From positions 15,095,456 to 15,159,455 of the forward strand of contig NC_068981.1 in NCBI RefSeq assembly GCF_001194135.2: a DNA stretch of 64,000 nucleotides. Reading direction: 5' to 3'. Below are positions 37,296 to 51,734 of the stretch, in pieces (the stretch's first letter is position 1; each line of letters begins with the position of its first letter). The position numbers and the translations under genes were made by a program. Origin of the DNA: Octopus bimaculoides (lineage: Eukaryota). The notes under the pieces are model-generated. The model worked only from the letters and a program-made list of their open reading frames with translations, made no database searches and had not been told where the DNA came from.

Positions 37296-38875
37296 TGAAT
37301 TTTATGCAGTTAAATCGGCAAATATAGTCACTTCCATATGTGGAGGAATTGGGAATGACCTGTCATTATCATTCAAACTGTATCGAAGATTCTAATTTCA
37401 TATTTGACAAACAGCAAAACGAAATCAATGTTTTTACTACTAATAATCCAACAATTGTATTGGAGCTTCGAAATTCCGTTGCAAGGCTGAATTTTTATTA
37501 TAGGTTTCTAGAAAATTCTTGAACAAAACGAAAAAAAAAATCTATTTCACTTGTTCTATTACAACAGTTAATGGTACAGGTATCTAATCCGATGCTAAAT
37601 TGGCTATATCAGGACGTATGTGTGTGTATTTCTGTGCGTGCGTGCGTGCGTGTGTATGTGTATGTATGTGTATGTGTGAGTGTGCGTATGTGTGTGCGTG
37701 AGTGTTTGTGTGTTTACTATTTCAAAAGTGATCTCTTATTTGTCTTCCTAGAAACGTTGAGTTGCATTTCAAATGTGTCTTGATAGGTCCACCAGAATCA
37801 CGAATTCAGTACCAGTTTGTTGTTTTAATAACTTGTAAAAGGTGGTAAATGCCTATGTCACCAATTTCCTTTAATTCACTATGAGATGAATGGGGAATTG
37901 CCGTATTCTTTGGCGAAGGGATCTTATCAGTAATAATTTCATTGATCGTATCAGACACCGGTATGACAGCGGTTTACCAGTGATATATGGTCTCAGTCAC
38001 TGGCAAGACAATTTGTTCACCAGCCATATATGGTTTCTAGTTTCCGTAAATATATAAAAGGTTTCGAATGATTTTCTGAATTAGTTTCTTCAAAAATGTT
38101 TCTCTGCAAAAATTGTTTTACACATTCAAAACTTAGAAAACTATAAGAAAGCGGCTAAATTTTGCTGCACAGGAATTCTGTGTAATACTAATATATTTTT
38201 ATAAGCACCACACTTTAATGCAAAAACATTTGAGAAAACAGGAAGTAAATTATAAGGTAAATTATAACATAAATTTGTATTGCCAAGAAGACCTAATGCT
38301 TTTTGTGTTCGTCACATTTTATTCTCGCAGTTTCAATTGATTCTTGAGACATTTACTGAACGTGACATTCTAATATGTAGTTTCTCCAGATCTTATCCGT
38401 ATATTATACTCCATTATAATGTGAGATCACTTAATGCGTATATACAGAACTGAACATCATTCCTATAACCATAATCTGCAAACAATTTGCACAAATTATT
38501 TTCTTTCTCTAAATTTGTTAAGACAAACTTCACGTATTATCCATGATGGTATATGTAGAAAGAAATACTACAAACTGGAAAAAATTCGTTATATATTCAA
38601 ACTTTCAAGATACTACACATGAAAAGAATTATTGACAACTTACTTTAGAACTAGCTTACACATAAATTCATGGGTGAACCATCGGTAGAGGTTTTGTAGT
38701 GCAGTGAAGCAACTAGATGTCCACAGTCTTGTTACAAAACTAAGAATAGATCTGTAACTCAAGAAAAACAGAAAAAAATATGTTGTCTGAGTAAATGCCA
38801 TTCTGCACTTTTTCGGTTTTTGAATATCATATTACAGAAATTTCTTTTGAACTTATTTAAATATACATTTCATAC

Positions 38876-39038
38876 TTTGCAGAAAAAATGTATCGTTGTC
38901 TACACTATCTGAATATACTTCACGAAACCTACGAGGCACCGGGCTATGTTTCCGCAACTCTTCAGTGTCGCGATATAAACACGAATAAAATAAGACCATG
39001 AACGTTGACGAGCATAAAGTTAAATTCCAAAAAAACAT
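38876..39038 (-). CDS. Candidate first coding exon of a secreted protein (163 nt, phase 1 end)
   Basis: ATG at 39038 opens MFFWNLTLCSSTFMVLFYSCLYRDTEELRKHSPVPRRFREVYSDSVDNDTFFLQ, followed by donor GTATGA. Hydrophobic N-terminus and an RRFR site; no homology recognised. Confidence 0.25.
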
Positions 39039-39128
39039 TATATGTTTGTGTGTGTGTGAGTGTGTGTCTATGTATATACACTGATACACACATACATACG
39101 CACACTCATATGTGCATATACGTATGTA

Positions 39129-39174
<46 letters not shown>

Positions 39175-40845
39175 CAGCAGGCAAAGTATGTGCGGCATCA
39201 CTAAGATGTTTAAAAATAATTGAATATATGCACACGTTTCTTTAAGATAAAGAACGTAAGGAGATTATATTTTTATTAAAACCTATAAATGCTTATTAAA
39301 CTGAAGGAAGTATTAACTAGATAAAATAAGAATTGTATTCCAACTGAAATCTAAAAATAATCTTGTTTCTCTTCATATGACAAAATTGAATTTTTGTAGT
39401 TTCAAAGAGTATCACTTTATTTGGAAGTGCTATATCAAATTTATGTTATAGCTTGAATTGTTCATCGGATCTAAATAATTGATCAATATTCACTTTGGAA
39501 TAGCAAAATATTTTGACCTTTACATTTTTTAAGAACGAGAAGAAATCGATTAAATTTCACAAAGAAAGTATTAAATATTTTGAAATGCGAATATATCAAG
39601 AGATGCTATTTATATCGAAATCCATATGACTCTTTTTCACAAAACCCAATGGATATCTCATGTTATGTTTTGACTCGAACAATATAAATATATATTTTCT
39701 TAAATCTATATGATTCCTGAAGAAACATACACGTTTGGGAATTGATAATAAAACAAATTATATGGCAAAACATTACCGAATAACTACTAAAACAAGTCTG
39801 TTTCTATGTAAACTTTTCTATGGAGACAGTGTTAGTAAATAGGTCTTGTCCACTTTGAAATAGCTATTGGACAAAAGTATATAAGAGAAAGTATTAAAAC
39901 AAACCAAATGCATATGTGGATGGCTACTGCTACAATTACTGGTTTTCTAAAACTTACATCAATTTCGAAGAGATATAGTCATATATACACAGTGTTTAAT
40001 TTGAATAAAGAAAGACTACAAATTATATCACAGTTTATTTATATGTTAGAGCCATATATTGGTTAAAACTAATCTAAATGTGTAGCTGCAGTCAAGTTGT
40101 AGAGCAGGGTTCCTCAGTGTCACTTCCGTTATAAAACTTCGTAATTTGTCTTTCTGTTTCTTCAAGTCATACATAATTCGAACGCCATATTCTTCAGTGA
40201 GTCTCCACACAGACACCAGGACCACGTTTCTGCGTTATTGATAATGATACATATTTCCTTTTTGTTTTTCTCACTGTTATCCATTCGAATATCTGCAGTT
40301 TTTTTGACATCTTCAGAGTAAATTATATACAAAGTTACAAGAAACAATACAAAGATAGTAAACAGCAAATGGACGTCCTCTCTCTACAAGTGCTGAACCA
40401 CACCTGAGGCGTATGTGGCGGCCGACCTGTCAAGAGTTTTCACGTCATGCCTGAGTGAGTCAGGTCACGCCGGTCAGTAGTTTGCGCGCGAAACGACCCC
40501 TGTTATGACGCACTCCACCCTCCTATAATGAAAAATTCGGGTTTTGGGTGTTTTCGGATTTTATATTACCGGATAAAAGATTATGTACATATATTTTATT
40601 CAGAATCAGTGAAAAATGTTATTGTAGAAAGCTGGCTCTGAATATTCCTGGTACATGTGTACTAACTTTCTGAGAGCGAGGCTGTAAGTGTTCTTTACTA
40701 AGTATCTATCTGTATTTAGCCAATATTCTGTGTATAGACAAAATTAAACAGACAAGAAACGTTCGTATTATTTGCAATTCGCTTTTGGATCTGCATCAAT
40801 TACCTAGTATTAATTTTAATTGTTCATGGAAATGATGCTTATAGG

Positions 40846-40889
<44 letters not shown>

Positions 40890-41084
40890 TACANNNNNNN
40901 NNNNNNNNNNNNNNNNNNNNNNNNNNNNNNNNNNNNNNNNNNNNNNNNNNNNNNNNNNNNNNNNNNNNNNNNNNNNNNNNNNNNNNNNNNNNNNNNNNNN
41001 NNNNNNNNNNNNNNNNNNNNNNNNNNNNNNNNNNNNNTATATATATATATATATGCGCGCGCGCATATTTTCGTAGTTTTCTCT

Positions 41085-43360
41085 TCCCTTGCGGAATGTT
41101 TGCCTTCATTGAAACTATTTCTTGGCCATAATTTTTCTACACCAGTGTCACATTTCTGAAGGTATTTCTAAAGGGTGTATCTACATGGAATCTTTTGCGG
41201 CCCCTTGGGTGACGGGTCTCTCTCAGATCACTGTAGAAGAGCTGCTTTACTCGGTTGTCCTCAATGCACATGAAGTGTCTAGACCATCTTCCCTGAGCCT
41301 GTATCAGCAATGTTTGGCTTCTGGTCATGCTCAAAAGCCTTCACACGTGAGACTGAATGGTACCATTTGTTGTTTCATATGCATCGAGTGTAGTGCTAGT
41401 GAAACTGAACTACTAGATTGACATGTTTACTGTAGAGATTCCAAGACTGGCATCCATACACAATGAATTCAGGAATGTGGCTCTGTATACTGCGCGAGTC
41501 GTCTCCAGTTTCAAGCCCCTTACTTTCCGCACTCAGTTTTGGAGACGGCCGTAACAAGCACTTGTCCTGCTTATTTGATTGATCTCCTTTGAGTCTGTTG
41601 GAAATTAGAAAGTACTACAAAGGTATGTGAAAATTCGACATTATTAAGGGCCATTTTGTCAATCTATTTCGACATTATTGAGAGCCTTGTTGTCAATCTA
41701 TTTCGAGCATGTTGAGCCCTTCCGTTTTCTAGGCGCTTTCTGGGAGTCCAAAGCTATTGGTTTCCGCTGAGAGAGGGAGTCTGTAAATCATTGAAGCTTA
41801 TCCTCCGAGTAGGCACCATTTGCACAGTCATCAGCATACAGATCAAGAAAAGGTATCGTAGCTACACCAAGCTGTCCTGTATGTGATCTGAAAGCCTGGA
41901 TTTGAGTCTGTAAAAGCCGAGTGAAGTATCATACTAAAGAGGAAGCTGAAGAGTGTTGGCGCAAGACTGCATCCTTACATTACTCCATTAGTGACGGGGA
42001 AATCATTATCGTCATTACCGTTGACTAATCTTGCTTTCATGCTAGCTTGAAAGCTTCTGATATTCGGTATCATGGGAGGGATTCCAATTAGAAGTATAGA
42101 CCATAATTCTGGGTGTGACACAGTGTGGGTAGCCTTGGTGAGATTGACGAAGAGAATTTGTCTTGCGGCGAATATCATGTCTCGAATCTACCTTTGACGA
42201 AACATTATGTCTTGAATCTGCCTTGCGGCGAATGTCGTGTCGTCCGCCCCTCTGCTCTGGAAAACCATACTGTCTTTTTGGTACAGTCTCCTATAGAAGA
42301 CGAACATCCAACCTCTTTAGGATAAACTTGCCCGCGATGATCAGAAGGGAGATCCTGCGAAAGTTGTTGCAAGGTAACTGGAATTGTCACATCTGCATTT
42401 ATACAGATGTACTCTTCCGATATCTTTCAGATCTTCACGTAGACAACCATCCTTCCAGCACAATGAAAGAAACTCAGAGAATCTTTGTAACAGAAACGGA
42501 CCACTTTGAAAACTTGATGTGGAATGCCGTCGAGGCCTGGTGATTTACCATTGCAACTCTGTAAATGCTCCTGCTACCGCATCTTCCGCGAGCTCCAATT
42601 ATTCTAGGGTCAATCGATGAAAGCCTATTAAGGAGTTGGACGAAGTCCTCTGACCATCTATTATTTATTGTCGCTTTTACGCACCTAGGAGTTCATATTT
42701 GAGACGAATATAATCTATTGAGCAATCCGTACCTCTCATTGCTCTGCTGATGTGAAAGTCGCACATATCATGTCAACAAATAATCAAATATATTTGATGC
42801 CAATGTAATGCGTTCGGATGCGTGCAGGTGGTTTTGTAGACTTGGTTCAATTAGCAGAATTATTTGTAATTGAGAAGTTCTGTGGGAGCTGAGTGAAAGC
42901 AGAACTTTGATTTTCTTTTTGAATTCACATGACAGATATCATGCTGACTTATGATCACAGCCCACATTAAATGATATAGGCCGTTTGTCGTGTTGACATC
43001 TCATAGGGTGAACATCGTATTTCTGCCGGTACGAGGAGGCTGAGAGCCGTACTTTCCTTATTTCTGTCAGGTTTGTGATGGTTGTTGATGATAGGGACCA
43101 TTCGTATATTTAGCTTTCTGTTGTTCGCGCACACCATCAGCAGCCTCCGCGCGTTTAAGGCAAACCGAGGTAAGACAGCTGTCCTCATGAGTGACACAGA
43201 CGACTAAACCGCAGGTTGCAGATCGTAGCGTGTGGCAAAATCCATGAGCAGTGGTCTGTGACATTGTTTTTTACGCAGTATGCGGCTGCAGGATTTTCGG
43301 TCTAGGTTTACTCCTACAGACATCCGAGCAGAAAGGAAGCCAAAAAGACAGTAGAGTTAG
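41085..43360 (-). mobile_element. RTE (BovB-like) LINE, internally deleted, with endonuclease and RT remnants
   Basis: Minus strand KTTCTHPNALHWHQIY..SRAMRGTDCSIDY (APE domain, ~42700-42850), FVNLTKATHTVSHPELW, NGVM*GCSLAPTLFS, LDLYADDCA (~41825-41850), AQGRWSRHFMCIEDNRVKQLFYSDL. Small internal tandem duplications at ~41657-41720 and ~42161-42240. Confidence 0.9.
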
Positions 43361-43399
43361 GTGAAGATTGAACAATCTGCTAGCACACTGTAATAGGGA

Positions 43400-43433
<34 letters not shown>

Positions 43434-43974
43434 AGGGGGATATTTGATATATAAATATAGATATATATTTGGTATATATTAGAACTGAAAAATAGGTTAC
43501 ATGAAAAAAAGACATGGTTTTATTAGAATATTTTTATAAGTACGCTAGACAATTTAAATATCTCTATGTGTTAGCGCGTATGCTCACGTGTGTGGTATTT
43601 GTGTTTACAGCCGAAAAACCCGGTACACTTTATATGAATGTTATATTAATGTCCTTTGACGTAACTCCTTCAAAATTTGTGAAATTTGAATCAATATTTG
43701 AAAACGGTGCTGATTCGGAGAAATTGTAATTGCAGAAAACGTTCATAAATATAGCAATATCAATTTATTGCAAAATTTGTGTTTTCGTCTGCGTGTGCAT
43801 AAAAACAAATGTGTTTATGTATTATGTGACATATATTTGTTTACTATATTTTAATATATATCGGTTTGTATAATTTAAACCCAAATTGAACACTGATTTC
43901 TATATAGGTTTTACACCAGGTTTATATTCAATAAAATTAATATTATGGCAAATCGACACGGTCGCGTGTGACAC

Positions 43975-44180
43975 GACCGTTAGCACACCTGGCAAAATGC
44001 TTAGCGGCATTTTGTCAGTCTTTAGTTTTGATTTCAATTCCGTCGATGTCATCTATGCTTTTCAACAGTTTGGGGTCGAGGAAATAAGTTTCAGTTGTAA
44101 TCGAATTGCTGGCGTTTTGCTAAAAGTTGAAACCAATATCATGGCAAATTGTAGGACCGCGAATTGGCAGAATTGTTATC
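43975..44180 (+). mobile_element. SINE family 2, degenerate copy including head
   Basis: cctggcaaaatgcttagcggcattttgtcagtctttagttttgatttcaattccgtcgatgtc...tttggggtcgaggaaataagtttcagttg. Confidence 0.75.
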
Positions 44181-44344
44181 ACGCTTTGTAGAATGTTTAG
44201 TGGCATTTCGTCTATCTTTTTGTTCTCAGAAATTTATTACGCTGAACCCAGGGAAAGATCGTTTATTCACTGCCATGAAACGACTCAGATATACGTTCCA
44301 AACCCTGATTTATAGGCGGGATCTGTCTGATGATTCCTCTGTCG

Positions 44345-44530
44345 CAGCTGGGTCAAATGCTTAGCAACATTTCGATCATCTTTATGCTATATGTTCAAAT
44401 TCAACCAAGGTCGACTTAGCCATTCATCCTTTCCAGATGAATAGAATAACTATTAATTGAGCACTCGGGTCGATATAACCGAATTACCTACAGCCTCCGC
44501 CGAATTTACTTACATTGCGCCAGAACTAGA
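44345..44530 (+). mobile_element. SINE family 2, degenerate copy
   Basis: aaatgcttagcaacatttcg...gttcaaattcaaccaaggtcgacttagccattcatcctttcc...gggtcgatataaccgaattacc. Confidence 0.8.
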
Positions 44531-45029
44531 AACCAAAATTTCGGCAAATCGTGATAATGCAGTTTTTTTTTTTTTTCAGAAAATGTAATTACAATAATCG
44601 CTTTAATTCGACTACTGTTTCATTGAAGCTATTGGTAAATGTTCATTTATTTCTCCATACTAAAGCCTGTATTGGTCATGGCTAACTACACATCTAAGTA
44701 AAATCATGGTGTTTTTTATTTTGCGGGCGAACAGAATTTTCACAAGATATTTTTTGAAGGGGAGACCAAGTGATATTAGGAAACACCGTTTTGGAGTTTG
44801 TTCACTTGTGTCGCCTTTAGAAGTCAGTAACATATATTACAAGGGCTCTTTCTCATATTCCAACCGCTTATAGAACGTAATGTATATGATCTGTGAACCG
44901 TTCTCAAAGACAAAATTGACTTTAGTGGGATTCGGATTTACAGCGCAGAAAAGCGAAACAAATAACTGAAAGCATACATATACATACATACATACATACA
45001 CACAAAAACACACACACACACGCGCGCGT

Positions 45030-45095
<66 letters not shown>

Positions 45096-45509
45096 TATTT
45101 CAAAACGGAGCAAATAATTCACGAAAAAATAATTTGCGAAGGTATCATTGACTCCTTCAGCTATTTATATATATGTACACACGCGCACAGACATATATTT
45201 ATAGGTACGTACATACATATATATACATATGCATATGCACATATATGAGTGTGTACATATACACATATATACTTATGTATGTGAATTTTTTCAATGTGTA
45301 TTTTTGTATGTAAATGTGAATGTATTTGAATTTTTTCAATGTGTACAAATGACACGAAAATTAAATAAATAGTTACCACGGTAGCAAACAATTCACATAA
45401 GTACCAAAGATGTTATAGCCTTCTTATCCAGGATTTTGTGAAATGTTTTTGTATAGCACATAAATAAAGGACGAAATGAAGTTAAAAGCAGTTGTTATTC
45501 AAATCTTTA

Positions 45510-46790
45510 TACATCCTACATATGTTTCGAATAAAATATCGGTATTAATCCAGAGGGAATAAAATGATGTATAACAATGCGACCTGCTCATCAGGGAAAA
45601 AAATTAAGATTAGGTAGATTTAACCTCAAATGTAATTTAGAGAAAATGAAGGAGGAGAAACAAATTAGCAGACAACTAAGAGTTGAGAAATGTAGTACGA
45701 TAAATGAATGGAAATAAAGCTTAAAGGCTTGGAAATAGATATATTTAGTGGAATTGAAATGTAAGAAGTCAGTTAAAGGTCGAATTTTATAGATTGGTAG
45801 AAATTACTTATAGGAAATAAAGGTATGTTTTTACCAATCTTTGCAGCGATAAACACGTTCTTTAAACATGTTTACAAGAGAATTCTCTGAGAACAGGATT
45901 ATTTATTATGTTCCTTCAGAGATCAAATTAATTTACTAAGCCCAGTATTGTTGCGATTATTGATACATCTATATGTAGAGTAATGGTTAGATATTCTTTG
46001 GGACAACTCAGATGAAGAGCTACCTATGTAAAAAAAAGACCTCAGAACCGGAAGTAATTTTACATAGATAAACAGAGTCCCTAGTCTCAGAATTACTGCT
46101 AAGGAAACTAATGTGATTTGAATTTACATCAGAAATACTAATATTGTTGTTATTATTGTTCAAAGAAAGGTTGGTGTTAATATTATCAATGTTATTATAT
46201 TCATTAAGTGGATTTTTATTTAACAACTTATTATTATGCGAAGAGATGATTTGTGAAAGGCTTTTGGTGTTTGGAAACCCTATTCTGGTTCGGTGTGAAT
46301 TGATAATGGAATGGTATCTTGAATTTTTGGGGAAATCCCTATCTATAGATTCACGAAATTAGTAAGGGGATTTGATCTGCTTACCATATTGAATTATCAA
46401 CCAAACTGATTTACTAGCACATACATTGTTATTAGTGTAATTATCTTTAAAAGTCCTAGATGTACTTTTATAACAAAAAAAAAGGTTTTAAAGGACGGTT
46501 ACTTCCCTTATGCTGCAAAATTACATTTTTCCTAGTAGTGTTGTTATTCGAACTAAAATTCATATTTTTATTACCGATATACAGTGATTTCATGTCCTGA
46601 TTAATAGAGGCAGAATTAATGTCAATAGGGTTAATATACGTAATGTTTTCATTATAGCCTGCTTTATGTAAAGCAGAGTTATAAAATTCAGCTTTTTCGT
46701 TGAAGATATCATCATTGGCATATAATCTGGTAAGTCTAATTGAAATATTCTAACTAAATTCCTCGTTATAGCATTTATTCCCATTCATCT
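45510..46790 (-). mobile_element. Penelope-like retroelement 3' part (RT thumb/linker, GIY-YIG endonuclease, terminal hammerhead-like motif)
   Basis: Minus strand ISIRLTRLYANDDIFNEKAEFYNSALHKAGY (~46650-46745), SIDRDFPKNSRYHSIIN..SQIISSHNNKLL, DSVYLCKITSGSEVFF/YIGSSSSELSQRISNHYSTYR..NTGLSKLI*SLKEHN (~45920-46085), then CTGATGAG...CGAAACATATGTA at 45516-45594. Confidence 0.88.
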
Positions 46791-49279
46791 TTCGCACTAC
46801 ATTTCTCCACTCTTTGTTTTCTGCTAATTTCTTTATTTCTCCTCCTCCTCTTTCTTTAAATTGCATTTGACGTTAAATCTATTAACGGTATGATTTTTAA
46901 ATAACTCGCTTGCGTTCTCTTCATCATATACGCAGTCATCACATTCGGTTAAAATGGCTTATTGATGTGCGTTCATTTCTCGTTTCTCTCTAATGAGAAG
47001 GTTACATTGTTTTACATCATTTCATTCCCTCTAGAATAATATCAATGTTTTCTTCGAAGCATGTGTCGGAAGCAAAAAGATTTGAATAACAACTGCGTTT
47101 AACTCCATTTCTTTATTCATCTATATACTTATGTATAAATAATATTTTCTTCCACTGCGAAGATTTGTGCTCCTCTTATAGGGATGAAATCATCCTAGTT
47201 ACACTGGTTTAATACCCTATATCTATGATAAATATCACATCGATATAAAAGAGTATTTTATAAATGTCGAGTATGGTAAACAAGAAGAACATATAGAGTA
47301 TATAGATATCAGTTAAATTAATTAACATAAAGTTAATTAAAAATACCTTCAGGTGTAAATAATATCAAAATTTACGTAGTGCTATATCTAGAAGGTATAT
47401 TATCTTTGATGTGATCACACGCATTTGCAATCAATACTGTTAAAAAACAAAAGATGAATATGTGTGAAATGTGGCATCAACATCCGTTTTGAATATTAAA
47501 TTTAAACATGGGTACTGTACTAGCAAGTTACGAAACATTGTATAGAAAAATATTAAAATGATGGTTAGATCTAATACATTGAAATAATGTTTGTAATATC
47601 TCAAGCTGTGGCAGGTATGTCGGATTGAATAACACCTTCGCTTTAATGTCACGAAATGGTGTGTTCAATTCCAATGATTGATATTTTGGTCACTATCTTT
47701 TTCTGCAACTTGTTATCAACGCATAATTTTGAGAGTAATTGTGTAAGAGGAAAAAATTCCTTTGATGGATTGAACCTGATTTGGAAATTCTATTCTTGTC
47801 AATTATATTATCACTCTGAATTGGACTCATAAGTACGTAAATTAATCATGTGCCCATGCAATACTCAACTGTTCAAGCGTTGATTTCAGCTTTCAAATCG
47901 CGAGAACACTTTCATCAGTACGATTTCGTTTGACTCTCGGAAGCTTCGAATGTGAGCGGCAATAAGATTATATGTTTACAACTGGCTAATCAACAGAAAC
48001 TTTGTTATTTTCAAGTGTAGACACAAAATCATTTTACTCTTCACTTTTTCGCCTCACAGAAGCATAATCAAACGAAATCACGAATGTATGAACTTCCATA
48101 TCAACAGAAATGTGTCAATCGCGAAATAATAGGAGAAAATTGATATTAAAAACTGCACTAAAATTTCGCAATTTGAAGTTGCTTTCTTCAGTTTGCTGTG
48201 TAAGCCAATCATATGACTGAAGTGTATTTTTTATCTACGCTACCTTAGAATGAATATCCTATAAAAATAGTATATCTTTTTTCATCTCAGATTTATGTAT
48301 GCACACATTTCTTGTTCAAGCACTAATATAGAAACTATTGCGATATTCAACAAAACTTAAGAGTCACATTGCTATATTTCTCTACTTAACTCGTGTAGAA
48401 GCATTTGCTTACTTTCAAAGTAATCAATCCCATAATACATTTAGGAGACCTACTGTTGATAATTGATTTCCAGCATAAATATGAACGGCATAACGAATGC
48501 TACCCACGCAGCAGATCATCGTATTTTACCTTCTCAGTTATGACATAAAGCAGGAAACTTTATACGAATTCTAGCAAAGGATAGTCGACCTAGAAGAATA
48601 ATGATGGAAGGCGTTATAGTTTAGTGTCATTATTTCGCACTATGGAAGTCAACTGATTTAATTACTCCGTAAATTGCAGTGCGGTAGTATTTTTTTTTTT
48701 TTTGATTCATAAGCGACGAAACATGTAAAGAAGGGTTAAAGTAAATATTTCACTTTCATACGAATATAAATGATATACAATAGGATATGCGAAACTACAA
48801 AGACAATTTGCTAAATGTTCTCTTAATGCAGTTCCATATATTCCACGCGTTTACATCCACTATAGAGATTATTATCATTACAGAAGTAGGTGTTGAAGAA
48901 ACTGTATGCATTAGTAAAACGAGAGTATGATGGACTTTAAACGAAAGGAATTACTCACTTCCTATATCAAGTAAATAATACGATAAATTTGCTACAATGT
49001 TTGTGATTGAATAGTTTGTAGATAATTAGATAGTTTTGTTCTGAATGCAATTTTGAATACTTGTCTGCAGCAGCTGCTCTTTTTATATAATTTAGAAATT
49101 CTCTACTAACGGGTGCATTTGTTATCAACGGATATTTTAAAATTATCGGATGCATTTATGAAAAGTATGCTTAATCAGAGTAAAAAAGTAATAGTGAAAT
49201 GACAGAAAATATGATCTGCCATAAATACTGAAAATATGGAGAGCTTTTATCATCATAAGTAGTCAAAATGATACCAAGA

Positions 49280-49470
49280 TGTACCGGCAAGCTCACTCAC
49301 ACCGTGTAATATTTCTTCCGGTACTTTACGTTCTGCATTCAGATACTGCAGAGGCCGAATTTGTCTTTAATCTCTTTGTGTTTGACAAGATAATGTCAAA
49401 TGTTCGTGTCGATGATTTCGACTGACTCTTCGATTATATTTGGCAGGAAGGACATGTCAGATTAACGACC
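49280..49470 (+). mobile_element. SINE family 2, strongly degenerate
   Basis: ctttacgttctgcattcagatactgcagaggccgaatttgtctttaatctctttg aligns loosely with the family head and conserved domain. Confidence 0.55.
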
Positions 49471-50365
49471 TCGAGTTGAGAAATAGTTTCTAAGCACAAA
49501 CGTCACACGGAGAAATATCCTCATCTATAACATGTAAAAATTTTTAATAATTTTGCTTCAGGTATGGAGTGTAGACATCTCAAATAGCTGGTCATTAATA
49601 ATTTTGGTTATAACTATGCAGGAAATGTGAATGTTCTTCACCCAAATATGTAGACCGAGACGAATTTTTAAGACTTGACTGCTATGCGTAACTACGGTCT
49701 CAGTATGATGCTGTTACCATTACACTAATAATGATTTCATATGCATAATTAATAAATACGAACGGAAAAATCCTTCTCCTACGAAATGGCATATTTTGAG
49801 CTTTTGCAAAACTTAACTACAATTAGCCAACTCAGGGTAACAGTTGCCCAATTGTATACACGGACAAGCTAAATGGTGAATTGACACGATTATGCGTTTA
49901 ACCTGAATATATAATAGTTAACAGAAGCTGTGCGCAAGACGGATTTCTGATCGAACTTCAATAGCAACGGTAAATGGCATATCAGTGAATGATAGCGATG
50001 GTAAAACAAATTACAGTTACGAAGCCAACTTGTGTGTTTAGCGAAAGAGATAGATGTAAGAAAGAAGGTATGTCTAAAACATTCTGAAAGCTGAACCAGC
50101 CAAATTATGAGACCACTTGAGAAATACAGATGAAGGATAAATTCAAAAACTTAAAATTTTCATCACTCACAAGGTGATATATCGAATTGCACGGTCTACC
50201 ATTGTATAGAAGTTATAGATATTTGTGTTATATTGTAGCCAGCAACATAAAATATCACTTACATAATATTCTTTTGCTTGATAACCAAGTCAGGAACATT
50301 ATTGCTACACCATCAAAATCAATATGCAAAAAAGTGAATGCATGTCAAAATAATAACATGAATTT

Positions 50366-50608
50366 TCAACAATGCAGGCGAAAAGAAATAATGAAAAACA
50401 CAGATAAAAGAATCAAATATCGAGGACCTAATAGCCCTAGAGTTGCTGCAGGTACTTCCACTATTGTGAGACCAGTAGAATTGGCATTGGAAGCATCGGT
50501 ACTGACTGATGCATCGCTTCCCCTTTGTGCACAGCCTTCAGGCGATATTTCGCAACAGATGTAATATTTAGGTTTTCTATTCTCCACGACCAGCAACATC
50601 TGCTTGAT
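50366..50608 (-). CDS. Candidate terminal coding exon of a Cys-containing GPI-anchored or membrane protein
   Basis: Acceptor aataatattcAG, then 80 sense codons: IKQMLLVVENRKPKYYICCEISPEGCAQRGSDASVSTDASNANSTGLTIVEVPAATLGLLGPRYLILLSVFFIISFRLHC*. CC-x6-C, a Ser/Ala/Asn linker and a hydrophobic C-terminus. Confidence 0.4.
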   Translation of the reverse strand: MKQMLLVVENRKPKYYICCEISPEGCAQRGSDASVSTDASNANSTGLTIVEVPAATLGLLGPRYLILLSVFFIISFRLHC

Positions 50609-51427
50609 CTGAATATTATTACGTTCTCTTGAGTAAACAAACGCTGGAACTCCATTAATATGCTCGTTCTAATTTGTTGCCGGGTGGTCCATTTATACTC
50701 ATAATCTCCCCGCGCTACTCAAACATAGCCATTAATCTGGTCTTGTCCCTGAGACATGTTTAAACCTATAGGGCACAGTAAATAAATCGTAATTATATAT
50801 TTCATTCTAAATGCTTGCATTGAGTCCTCTTTAGAACACATAACTTGATAATTTGATTAAATATTGGTGATAGTAAATATCACTCAAGCACACGCATATA
50901 TACACATACACACACATACCCGTATGTTTGTATGAAGAGTGAGAGGATAATTTTATGTACGTTAACATTTCTATCTATATTTCTTGTACTATTATTATTT
51001 CATGAAGGCATGCTTTGTACGTGATCTTTATCGGTTGTGCATTAATTCATACACATATAATACAATATCTTTCCACTTATTCTTTTGTATATCTCAAACA
51101 AATACATATAATTTATATATCTCCGTTCCCTTCTCATAGTTGTGCCTAAAAATGTATTTGTCCCTCTTGTTATTATTTGTATTTAATATCTAATATTTTA
51201 TTGCATCTTAAAAGGATGAAATTGCAAACAAAATTTATAATTTCAGTTAATATTGGAAATCGAACGCTAGTTTGCCAATACTCCGTTAGTTTAATGTTCA
51301 TAGCTTGAACATTTCATTTTTCATGTCCTAAATCCCTCTTTGATTTAGCATACAATTGCATATTATATCTTGTATTTAACTTAACGTTCATTCTATATGG
51401 TTTATTCACACATTTCCTGCTGAACCA

Positions 51428-51504
51428 CGCACACACATGCACACACATGCACTCACACACATGCACTCACACACATGCACTCACACACATGCACTCACAC
51501 ACTC
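51428..51504. repeat. 14 bp minisatellite (gcactcacacacat)n, about 4-5 units
   Basis: Directly visible. Confidence 0.85.
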
Positions 51505-51695
51505 AGTAACACTCAATCACCCACGCATGCCAACAACCTTTCATCTATCTATCTACCTATCTCCCTCCCTCTCACTCCCGCTTTCTCTTGCCCCCTCTCT
51601 CTCTCTCTATATATACATGTACATTTGTGTGTGTGTGTAAATAGATGAATAGATATGCATATATATATACCTATGGGTGTGTATTGGTGTGTATT

Positions 51696-51734
<39 letters not shown>

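Noticed and set aside
40162-40383. Hydrophobic segment plus WCLCGD open frame
   Set aside because: No ATG, only one partial Cys motif (too little for a WSC-domain call), and no corroborating exons.
44837-44960. Exon-like open frame (LFVSLFCAVNPNPTKVNFVFENG...) with AG/GT sites
   Set aside because: It overlaps a degenerate SINE family 2 segment (aatcccactaaagtcaattttgtcttt).
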